From: Candidatus Poribacteria bacterium
GTDB taxonomy: Bacteria > Poribacteria > WGA-4E > WGA-3G
DNA: 64,000 nt
Direction of reading: 5' to 3'
Assembly: GCA_965205015.1 (NCBI GenBank)
Contig: OZ242029.1
Location: 1,760,001-1,824,000, forward strand
In this document: in pieces, positions 1 through 8,434 of the stretch
How positions within the stretch are numbered: the stretch's first letter is position 1
How the letters are laid out: each line of letters begins with the position of its first letter
The notes under the pieces: model-generated
The model's database searches: none
Told to the model about the DNA's origin: nothing
Seen by the model: only the letters and a program-made list of their open reading frames with translations
Translations under genes and position numbers: made by a program

Positions 1-608
1 AATACCGCAAAAACGAAAGGAATGAGGACGGTTATTAAGGTGCCGAGGAATTTACCGATTAACAGAACCGGGCGCGAAATCGGATTCGCCAGACACAATC
101 GCAAGGTTCCCTGCTGTCGCTCGCCAGAAAGCGCGTCGAAGGTGAACAGGAGCGGAATGAAGGAGAGCAGGTAGGTGATAATGAATACCCAATCTATCTT
201 TGTTGCCTGCGGACGTAAATCTTTCGCGTCTGGATTCGCGGATCCGTAACTCAGCCACCAATTGCTTTTTGCCTTCCACCCCGGACCGCTTTTGGACCAA
301 GACCCCTCGTTCCCTATATTTCCCGGCAGATAAGCATTGCCGCCATCCGCGATGAAGGCAAGCGAAGAGGGACGTTTGTGAAGTTGACTGGGTCCCTTTT
401 GCGCTAAGGTGTACAAATCCGTCCGGGATTTCAACTTGTTGAGCGAACCTGTAACATTCTCAGAATAATCACGGATCCTTTCCGAGTGCGTCCGAAGGTG
501 CACCACGGCGTTGGTAACCATTAAGATGGAGAGTATTACAACGGTTAGAATGAAACGCAGACTATTGATGTGGTCAAAGAGTTCTCGTTTAATGATATGC
601 CAAATCAT
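1..608 (-). CDS. ABC-2 type transporter permease, partial (runs off the window start)
   Basis: Hand translation from ATG at 608: MIWHIIKRELFDHINSLRF...IDWVFIITYLLSFIPLLFTFDALSGERQQGTLRLCLANPISR. This is the same 'D..sGE.e.GTLRL' motif as the neighbouring permeases. Not in the ORF track because no stop lies in the window. Confidence 0.85.
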   Translation of the reverse strand, partial: MIWHIIKRELFDHINSLRFILTVVILSILMVTNAVVHLRTHSERIRDYSENVTGSLNKLKSRTDLYTLAQKGPSQLHKRPSSLAFIADGGNAYLPGNIGNEGSWSKSGPGWKAKSNWWLSYGSANPDAKDLRPQATKIDWVFIITYLLSFIPLLFTFDALSGERQQGTLRLCLANPISRPVLLIGKFLGTLITVLIPFVFAV

Positions 609-776
609 TTTTTTAATGTTCCTTGCGGTTCGATGAAGTTCGTTTGGTAATTGAGGTCCATCTCTGTTGAGCCAGCCCGGCGCGTCGCTTGGACTTACGG
701 TCTCTAACGAATGCGTGTAGCGGACACAACAAGAAAACACGTTCACTTGAATACTTTGCTCGCGCGCAAGCAACAT

Positions 777-2264
777 TTAGACTTCAAGTTTGGTGAAAAT
801 CAGAAATGTCACCGTGAACACAACCAGGTTGATGAGTAGCAGCAAAAACAGTTCTGGCAGTGCCCGTGTTGCGTTTTCCGAGACATCCGCCCGTGCGAAA
901 CGGAACTGGGGCAGATCCCACCAGTCTACCGCGCCTTTGTCAGAGGCGAACCATTGCCGACTGCCGAACGCATCTTTGTCATGGAAATAGTCAATAATGG
1001 TGCGGCGGTAACCTTGGACGGCTTGGACGAAATCAGACATACCGTCCAGATCGGTACCTGCCCACGCCGCGGTTGCAAACGTGTACAGACTCGCAGGACT
1101 GAGTTTCATCAGGCGTTCATGCCATATCGCTCGCCGGAGAGAGGTACTCTCTAAAGTCTGTTTTCGGACGAAAGCGATCTGTTCTGCCGAGCGGATGTAC
1201 AAGGCTCCCATAGTGGCATGATACTCTTGAACATGTGGCACGAGAGGGTCTGATTGGTTTGCCAATTTCATATCTATTCCATACCGTCTGTTGTGGCCTC
1301 CCGACGACGAGAAACTATTTGACTGCTTGGTATTTAGATTGAACTTTTGTGGCTTACCTTCAAGCGGACTGTTCGCTAAAAACCCGCTTTCTTCTCTGTC
1401 AACCTCTTCCCATATCTGTTCAATCTGTTGATCGCCTGATGACCGTATGGCGCGCGTATCACCAACGGGGGTGATAGTAAACCGGCTCCAATTCGGATAG
1501 ACAAGCACCAAAGTTACCCACAAAAACATACAGAGCATCAGGGATGTGGCAGTGCGGCGTGTTGCTGTAGAAATCAACAGTCCAATCAGGTAAAATACGG
1601 ACAAGTAGATGCCGGTCGTTAAAACTATCCCACCGATCCGGAGAAAATCCGCTCCATCCAATTGGATCGAACCGACAGTCGATAACAGAATCATGACCAT
1701 CAGGAGACTGATTAGCACCGGGAGCAGCAGACAAACCATTGCCCCAATATATTTGGCAAGCAGGATGGTTCCACGTCGCACTGGGTGGGAGATAACCAAA
1801 CGCAATGTGCCATTTTCCCAATCTCCTGCAATCGCGTCATAAGCGAAGAGCAGTGCCATCAGGCTCAAAACCACTTGAAAAATGAGGACGAGATCGATCT
1901 TTGAAAAGAGGTTCAGGAACGCGTTATCGAGACTTCGCGCCGAGCCGTCCGAAATCAGTGGGACGGAACCGTGGTAAATTTCGAAGGTGCTTCCCAGCCG
2001 CTTATCCAATCCCGCACTAAACAGACTTAAAGGGTTCGGCGGACGTTCAACGGACAGTTTTAAAGTTGAGTACGTTTTCGCCTCCTGCGCTTTCTGACGA
2101 TGTGTATTTTCTTGCTGGTTATATCTCCCTAATCGACGCTCGTAATCTTCGAGAAGGACGACGGCATTGGCGACAACGAGAAGAAGCGTAATCACGACAG
2201 CGGCAAGAAAGCGAGCGCTCATCAGATGGGAGAGGAGTTCTTGACGGATGAGGTTTCGAAACAT
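777..2264 (-). CDS. ABC-2 type transporter permease subunit
   Basis: 495 aa, multiple TM helices, motif YDAIAGDWENGTLRLVISHPVRR, AAGGAGG RBS upstream. Confidence 0.85.
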   Translation of the reverse strand: MFRNLIRQELLSHLMSARFLAAVVITLLLVVANAVVLLEDYERRLGRYNQQENTHRQKAQEAKTYSTLKLSVERPPNPLSLFSAGLDKRLGSTFEIYHGSVPLISDGSARSLDNAFLNLFSKIDLVLIFQVVLSLMALLFAYDAIAGDWENGTLRLVISHPVRRGTILLAKYIGAMVCLLLPVLISLLMVMILLSTVGSIQLDGADFLRIGGIVLTTGIYLSVFYLIGLLISTATRRTATSLMLCMFLWVTLVLVYPNWSRFTITPVGDTRAIRSSGDQQIEQIWEEVDREESGFLANSPLEGKPQKFNLNTKQSNSFSSSGGHNRRYGIDMKLANQSDPLVPHVQEYHATMGALYIRSAEQIAFVRKQTLESTSLRRAIWHERLMKLSPASLYTFATAAWAGTDLDGMSDFVQAVQGYRRTIIDYFHDKDAFGSRQWFASDKGAVDWWDLPQFRFARADVSENATRALPELFLLLLINLVVFTVTFLIFTKLEV

Positions 2265-2395
2265 GGTGCCTCCTTACTTAAAAGTTTCGGGTTTGTCTAT
2301 TAGAGACGCTTGAAATGAAAAGGATAGTAAAAACGACGCGGGATAGAAAAAGAGGAGGATTTTCCGATTGGAATCTGCGCAGTGTGGAAGTTGAA

Positions 2396-2760
2396 TTAAA
2401 TATCAGATCGGAAGAATTTCAGGAATGCCACGGTCGTCGAATAATCCCAGTACGCGTCATTCCAAGATAACCCGGCAAGGCATCCCCTAATCCGTTTGCG
2501 AATACGCTTAAAGGTGACGGTTTCAGGAAAAGCTTAGAAACTTCCAGCTCCGGTTTCAATTCGATCTTCGGGTTCATCGTGGTTTCTTCGATGTTTGCGA
2601 GTTTAACGGCTTCTTGATAGTCAACGAGGTTTTGTTGGTAGTGTCGATAATTAATAGAGAGGGTGAGCGGAATGAGTAAGAGACACATCAAAAGGAGCGC
2701 GACAAATCGGACGCTCAGAATATGATGCATCATCTCTTTTTGAATGAGCGTCGTTAACAT
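2396..2760 (-). pseudogene. Internally deleted ABC permease paralog
   Basis: The first ~104 codons are nearly identical to the 3740-5170 permease. They are joined out of frame to TTVAFLKFFRSDI* (2437-2396), which matches that paralog's C-terminus TTVAFLKFFRLDI*. Confidence 0.85.
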
Positions 2761-2801
2761 CTGGTACGCTCCTTATGTGGTGGACAAGGTATACCTATGT
2801 C

Positions 2802-3608
2802 CTACAGAGGTGGATAGGGTGATGTCTTTCTCATGTTCCGCTTTGGCGTGTTCGGCGATGGTTTGGGAGTCTTGGCTCGTTCGAATTCCGTCTTGATCCG
2901 TTCAAGTTGTGCTTTGGTACGTTCAAGCCTTTTTTGATTGTGGGGAATCTCAAGTTCTATAAAGCTTTCAAGTTGCGCCTTGATGCGCTCAAGTTGCACT
3001 TCGGTGCGTTCAATCCATGCCTTGTCCCGTTCTTCAGCTTGTTTCTTGGTGCGTTTAACCTGTTTCAAAGTTTCCTTGACCTTGGCGCGAATGTGCTTGT
3101 TTGCCAACTTATCAATATAAGCGGTTTTGTATATTTTCCAGTCTTTTGTCGGTGAAATACTGGAAAGTTTAAGCGTGCGAAGATTCGGGTTGTCCTCCAA
3201 AAATGCCAAAGTATGCCGTTTTGACAGATAGATCCTATAATCGTCGAAATTCTCTATAGTGATACCTCTCTCTAAAAGCATCTGAAGCCATTCTACTCGT
3301 GGATATCTCGTATCGATTTCGCCACTAATTGCAAACTCACTTTTATAAATACCATCCCCGCTAAAAGATGCGATCACCGTCGTTTTTGAATACTTTCGGT
3401 TGTACGCCGCATCGAAGGCGTTCATCAATCCCTTCACGGTTTGCGGTCCGTCGTATGCTTCAGGGATGGTATCTGGTGCGGGTGACCTGCCTTCTATCGA
3501 TTCCATGAAGAAATTAACTGTTTGCGAATTCGCTTGGAACCCCCAGAGAGCCATAATACCCAAAACGGTCAAAAATGTGAACATTTTAACAACGTTTTTA
3601 CTTCTCAT
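2802..3608 (-). CDS. Hypothetical exported protein with C-terminal coiled-coil repeats
   Basis: GGAGG RBS before ATG at 3608, signal-peptide-like N-terminus, repeated LERxKAQLE heptads. Confidence 0.65.
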   Translation of the reverse strand: MRSKNVVKMFTFLTVLGIMALWGFQANSQTVNFFMESIEGRSPAPDTIPEAYDGPQTVKGLMNAFDAAYNRKYSKTTVIASFSGDGIYKSEFAISGEIDTRYPRVEWLQMLLERGITIENFDDYRIYLSKRHTLAFLEDNPNLRTLKLSSISPTKDWKIYKTAYIDKLANKHIRAKVKETLKQVKRTKKQAEERDKAWIERTEVQLERIKAQLESFIELEIPHNQKRLERTKAQLERIKTEFERAKTPKPSPNTPKRNMRKTSPYPPL

Positions 3609-3739
3609 TTTCGTTATACCTCCTTTGTTAGTGTTGACTGGTTTAAACCGATTTCTCCTTAGAAATGGAGTCTCTATAATTAATGATCCAATATGTGGGT
3701 GAAAAGGGTGCATAATTTCAGAACCGGCTAATGTGCACA

Positions 3740-5170
3740 TCAAATATCCAACCTGAAGAATTTCAGAAACGCCACGGTCGTCAATACGACTCCAAAGAAA
3801 CAGAGGAGCAGCACATCTATTGCTGATTGACGGAACGTTTCTCCTAAGGTAGTTGTCGCCAAAGGGGGCGGTTGTGTAATTTTGACAATATCCGTCTCTG
3901 GGTTGTACATCCTCATACTTGCATGATCTACAATTTTACTGAACAGATCCGTATGGAGTTCATTATAGTAACGCTCGCCGGCTTGATAGTAATTGTTCAT
4001 TTTTCGTTTTCCTGTCTGTGTCAAGTTCGTGGCGAGATAGATAAGGGAGGATGTCGGCGTGATTCGAGAAAGTGTCTCACCGACCTGTTCTTGTCGTGCC
4101 GTTTCACGTTTGTAATCCCGATCAAGTTTATCCGCCTGCTCTTGGAATTTCTGTTGATATTCTTCTTCCAAAGGCTTCATGCGTTCATCAACTTCGTTTA
4201 GTACATCTCCGGCTATGACTCTGGCAACGTGACCCGCCGCGGACATCTCCTCTGCGGGTGTCTCCATGATAATTTTCATTTTTTCCTCTTGGAGCGCCGC
4301 GTCAAAATCGTCTCGCATCGCTTTCTTTTCCATATAGACGCTCTGTGAAGTTCGTGCGGGTGCGATAACTTTCGCTGCAAGAAAACCGACGCGGGGCGTA
4401 ATCAGCACAGCAAACACCCAGACAGTAAAGACGACGATGAGGGCTGTCTTGGCACTGTCTAAATAGGTGGAAATGACGGTTCCTATCGCAAAAAACACCC
4501 CAATGTAGAGGAGCGAGATACCTGTTAAGCTGAGAACCCGTGGAAAAATATCAGGCTCACCGAGCGGGAACCCTTGCCAGACAAGCACGAGTAAACCGAA
4601 CAGCAGCGATACCAAAAACGGAACTACAAACACAAGGTAGCCACCGATTAACTTGCTCCATAAGAAGATGTCCCGCGGCAGCGAATTTGCTAAGGTAACT
4701 CGCAGGGTCCCTATCTCTCGCTCGCCTGCGACGGCATCAAATGTGAACAGCAGGGCAAGCAAGCTGAAAACAGTACCTACCACAAACAGAAAGTCGAGAT
4801 GACCTAAAAGTTCGGAGAGAGGCGAAGAAAATGTTGTTGGGGGTCCCTGTGTAATTCCATTGCGCGTCATTCCAAGATAACTTGGGAGTGAGTCCTCTAA
4901 TCCCTTTGCAAAGACGCTCAAAGGTGTCGGTTTGAGGATAAGTTTGGAAACTTCCAGCTCCGGTTCCAGCGGCATCTTCGGGTTTACCCTAGTCTCTTCG
5001 ATGTTCGCCAGTTTCACGGCTTCTTGGTAGTCAACAATGTTTTGGTGATAGCTCCGATAATTGATAAAAAGCGTAAATGGAACAAGTAGGAGACACATCA
5101 GAAGGAGCGCGACAAACCGAACACTGAGAACATGATGCATTATCTCTTTTTGGATAAGCGTTCGTAGCAT
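3740..5170 (-). CDS. ABC-2 type transporter permease subunit
   Basis: 476 aa, motif FDAVAGEREIGTLRVTLANSLPR, multiple TM helices. Confidence 0.85.
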   Translation of the reverse strand: MLRTLIQKEIMHHVLSVRFVALLLMCLLLVPFTLFINYRSYHQNIVDYQEAVKLANIEETRVNPKMPLEPELEVSKLILKPTPLSVFAKGLEDSLPSYLGMTRNGITQGPPTTFSSPLSELLGHLDFLFVVGTVFSLLALLFTFDAVAGEREIGTLRVTLANSLPRDIFLWSKLIGGYLVFVVPFLVSLLFGLLVLVWQGFPLGEPDIFPRVLSLTGISLLYIGVFFAIGTVISTYLDSAKTALIVVFTVWVFAVLITPRVGFLAAKVIAPARTSQSVYMEKKAMRDDFDAALQEEKMKIIMETPAEEMSAAGHVARVIAGDVLNEVDERMKPLEEEYQQKFQEQADKLDRDYKRETARQEQVGETLSRITPTSSLIYLATNLTQTGKRKMNNYYQAGERYYNELHTDLFSKIVDHASMRMYNPETDIVKITQPPPLATTTLGETFRQSAIDVLLLCFFGVVLTTVAFLKFFRLDI

Positions 5171-5219
5171 ATTTTACCTCTAATCCCAAAAATCTTGGTT
5201 CAGACAATTAAAACCAGCA

Positions 5220-6812
5220 TTACCGAATTAAACTTTTAATCTTCGTTGAAAGGTTCTCTGGATCCAAGTCTATAAACACATCTTTGACGACCAGTTCTCT
5301 ATTTAAAAGGAGGGTTATGAGTTCCGTTTGCGGTTCGGAGGTATCTCGGTTGAGGAGCGTTTGTATATTGAGGAGCGTCTGCATCTGGTCGTTTTTATCC
5401 ATCCAGATGGGCATCGAAAGTTGGTGTCTCTCTTTGAACGCCGCAATCGCCTTCACGGAACCGCTGGTGCTAATCCCAACTGCTTGTAATTGGGGGGCAT
5501 CGTAGTTTGAAAGCCGTTTCTCTATCTGTTTTAACTTCGGCCCACAAGTGGTAGAATCTGGTGAAAAAAGGTTCACAAGGACAAACTTGCCGCGGAGTGC
5601 CTCTAACTTAACGGGTTGTCCTGAAAGGTCAGTCAGCGCGATGTCTGGCATCGGTTTGCCCAATAGGAGTGCCAATTCTTCCTGATCTATAGACACGGGG
5701 GATGTCGGTGTCAATTGCTTGAGCAGTGCTTTTCCTTCTACGGAGTCAAAAAACGCTTCACCCAATTGCTCTTCCAATTGCTCTTTAAGTTTCGCCTCTA
5801 AGTTGTCCGAGGGATGGATTTGGAAGGTGATCCTTTTTACCATTTTGGGGTTCTTGAGCAGCTGCGCTTCCATTTGCTTTCTGACTTCTGCGGGTAAACC
5901 CTCCGGCAGTTGCGTTTGGGTGGAAATCATTTTTACGATTGTTCTGTCATAGATGTTTCTTTGCGGTCCGTTTCGATAAAGTTTTCCACTGACGCTTAGG
6001 TTCAGCAGATGATGCTGGCAGCGCACGATGGGTACCATATCGCCCTCTATTTCCAATAGAAATTCCTGTCCTGCCTTCTGTTCGGGACGAAATTCATAGA
6101 GATAACTACACGGCAGGATCGGGTCCGATGCACCTTCGGTGAGAACTCCTGGACTTCCTGCTGTTGGATCCGCAGGACAAAGTAGCACTTTTTTCTTCAG
6201 GTATTCTGGAGAAAGTTCGGAAAGCCATTGCGGTTCCGTCCCTACCTCAGCGCGGTGGTTTTCGAGAGCAAGCTGTATTTGTCTTAAATTCTCTCGGCAG
6301 GTCTGAATCTCTTTGGAATTGTCAAGGGGCTGTTTTTCTGAGGGTGAGGCTAACTCATAAGGGTAGAGGTCTGCTAAGAGGAGGCGGTTCAAACGGATTA
6401 AATCTCCACCGCTTTGCGGATTTCGCGCAAGGAGCTCTTGGGTCTGTTCACTGAGTTCGATATTAGCAAGATGTTGTGCATCGTAGAGGGAGGGAACCTG
6501 GAGCAATCGGTTCAAGTCGTCGAGCAGTGCTTTCTGAAAAGCCGGGGAAGGGATACTTATACCATCATATGCATCCAGCAGCCTCTGGGTCTCCGCAGAC
6601 AATTGTGTGGCTATAGGTTTGGATACCGCAGCGCGCGGGTCTTGAAGTTTCACTGCCAAGCTGCCGGGATCTTTAAGATCTTTACTGTGAAACAGAAGTT
6701 GATTTCCATCTGCGGGGACAACTGAAGTCAGACTCAGTAGGATGGCAATCAGAAACGTTGCGATTGTGTTCAGTAGGACGCGAACCTTCAATCGTCCGAG
6801 TGTGTCTGGCAT
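5220..6812 (-). CDS. Exported multidomain protein with C-terminal TlpA/AhpC-TSA-like redoxin domain
   Basis: Signal peptide; C-terminal GKPMPDIALTDLSGQPVKLEALRGKFVLVNLF typical of the redoxin fold; active site degenerate (DSTTC). Confidence 0.65.
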   Translation of the reverse strand: MPDTLGRLKVRVLLNTIATFLIAILLSLTSVVPADGNQLLFHSKDLKDPGSLAVKLQDPRAAVSKPIATQLSAETQRLLDAYDGISIPSPAFQKALLDDLNRLLQVPSLYDAQHLANIELSEQTQELLARNPQSGGDLIRLNRLLLADLYPYELASPSEKQPLDNSKEIQTCRENLRQIQLALENHRAEVGTEPQWLSELSPEYLKKKVLLCPADPTAGSPGVLTEGASDPILPCSYLYEFRPEQKAGQEFLLEIEGDMVPIVRCQHHLLNLSVSGKLYRNGPQRNIYDRTIVKMISTQTQLPEGLPAEVRKQMEAQLLKNPKMVKRITFQIHPSDNLEAKLKEQLEEQLGEAFFDSVEGKALLKQLTPTSPVSIDQEELALLLGKPMPDIALTDLSGQPVKLEALRGKFVLVNLFSPDSTTCGPKLKQIEKRLSNYDAPQLQAVGISTSGSVKAIAAFKERHQLSMPIWMDKNDQMQTLLNIQTLLNRDTSEPQTELITLLLNRELVVKDVFIDLDPENLSTKIKSLIR

Positions 6813-6926
6813 ATTCGAATCTCCTTAGCACTTACAATTGTGTAAGGCGCAGTGTCGTATTATCGGATTGCACACCCCCTTTCCAAAAAAGTTCCCGCAA
6901 AAATAATTGGTATAAAAACCGCAGTG

Positions 6927-7349
6927 CTACGCGCCTAACAATTCAGCTTTATATTCTTCAACAATTGCCGCTAAAACAGATTCAGGGATATCCTCCAATT
7001 GCGACGCTAACTCTTCTTCGACGTTAACCATCAGGCTGTGATCGAATGTTTCGCGTTCGGCGCACGGATCGAAGTATTCACCGTGTGCTTCCAGCAAAGT
7101 TGCCAAGTGTGCTGGGGTCAACCCCTCAGAGATACCGTGTAGACTCCATGCTGTCCCTCGGTAGCCTTTCTCATAATCGTCACCGAGGTGTTTCTGTAGA
7201 ATTTCTTCTCTTTCAGTGCCTTGTGCCCCACTGTTTTCAAGGTCTTCTGCTGCGGCAATTGCGCGCGGATCCAGTTCCACTTGAAACGCAGTTGCAGCAT
7301 CCGCCGCTGGAACGGGATAAATTTTGTAGATTTCCATGTTTTTCTCCAT
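6927..7349 (-). CDS. Hypothetical acidic protein
   Basis: 140-aa ORF with protein-like composition; no family recognised. Confidence 0.55.
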   Translation of the reverse strand: MEKNMEIYKIYPVPAADAATAFQVELDPRAIAAAEDLENSGAQGTEREEILQKHLGDDYEKGYRGTAWSLHGISEGLTPAHLATLLEAHGEYFDPCAERETFDHSLMVNVEEELASQLEDIPESVLAAIVEEYKAELLGA

Positions 7350-7414
7350 AAGCTGTTAACTTTGGTATATAGCAAGTTTTGATGAAGTTTAAATAAATAT
7401 TTCGGTAATTCTAT

Positions 7415-7512
7415 TTGAAAGAACGATTGTAGGGGCAGGTCTTGTGCCTGCCCACGCATTACGGATTGAAAGAACGATTGTAGGGGCAGGTCTTGTACCT
7501 GCCCACGCATTA
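7415..7512 (+). repeat. Two tandem GTAG-type REP units (GTAGGGGCAGGTCTTGTGCCTGCCC)
   Basis: 51-bp period; the same REP occurs at 13152, 13235 and 14671. Confidence 0.8.
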
Positions 7513-7514
7513 AA

Positions 7515-7540
7515 GGCGGTCCCATCGGATGGGAACCGCC
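7515..7540 (-). terminator. GC-rich hairpin downstream of the SDR gene
   Basis: GGCGGTCCCATCGGATGGGAACCGCC followed by TTTAA on the minus strand. Confidence 0.45.
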
Positions 7541-7567
7541 CATTTCTCTACGTTTAGAAAATGTCTA

Positions 7568-8350
7568 CTATACCACCGCGGAAAGTCCGCCATCAATATT
7601 GATCGCAGTCCCTGTAATAAACGATGCACACTCCGAAACGAGGAAGGCGACAAGATTGCCCACCTCACCCGGTTCCCCTAAACGTCCGAGCGGATGCTCC
7701 GCACCCCGTTCTTCCCAATAGTCCTCGAGCGTTCCGGGTGAACCCGCGGCTTTCCAGGCGCGTTCCCCCTGGGCACTCTTAATCGAGGTCAGACAGACCG
7801 TGTTAACCAAGATTTTGTGAGGTAGCAGTTCTTTAGAGAGTGCCTTCGTCAGAGCGATGCCAGCCGCTCGACTGACGGAGGTCGGACAAGAACCTGCACT
7901 GGGCTGTTTGCCGCCCGGATGCGTGATGTTGATAATCCTACCACTGCCGTTGTTTTTCATGTGCGGGATTGCCAATCGTGCGCAGCGGATAGCACCCATT
8001 AACTTGAGATCCAAGTCCTCGTACCAATCCGCATCGCTGGTACTTTCAAACGCACCCCCCGCAGACTTGCCCGCGTTATTGACTAAAATGTCAATCTTTC
8101 CGAAATGGGTTACGGTTTGTCCAATAAGGTTCTCCAGCGTCTCCGGTTTCGTTACATCCGCCGGGATTGCCAGCACTTCACCACCGGTTTGTGCGCGGAT
8201 ATCTTCAGCCGCATCTGCTAAGACTGATTCGCGTCTCCCGCAAATTGCGACTTTCGCGCCCTCTTCACACAAACGGAGCGCAATACCTTTGCCAATTCCC
8301 TCGCTACCACCGGTAATAATGGCTACTTTTCCAGTTAATCCGAGTTCCAT
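7568..8350 (-). CDS. Short-chain dehydrogenase/reductase
   Basis: TGGSEGIG, LVNNAG and C-terminal ITGTAINIDGG motifs. Confidence 0.9.
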   Translation of the reverse strand: MELGLTGKVAIITGGSEGIGKGIALRLCEEGAKVAICGRRESVLADAAEDIRAQTGGEVLAIPADVTKPETLENLIGQTVTHFGKIDILVNNAGKSAGGAFESTSDADWYEDLDLKLMGAIRCARLAIPHMKNNGSGRIINITHPGGKQPSAGSCPTSVSRAAGIALTKALSKELLPHKILVNTVCLTSIKSAQGERAWKAAGSPGTLEDYWEERGAEHPLGRLGEPGEVGNLVAFLVSECASFITGTAINIDGGLSAVV

Positions 8351-8434
8351 ATTTTTAATTTTCCTTGCGGTTAAACGACGTGAGTTAAATGTGTGTCGTG
8401 CCTTCCTCAGGTCCGCCTGCGCCGTTGTTGCAGG

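Noticed and set aside
7415-7512. Possible CRISPR array (also 13152-13265 and 63805-63870)
   Set aside because: Only 2-3 units, no unique spacers of regular length, no cas genes; these are REP-type palindromes.
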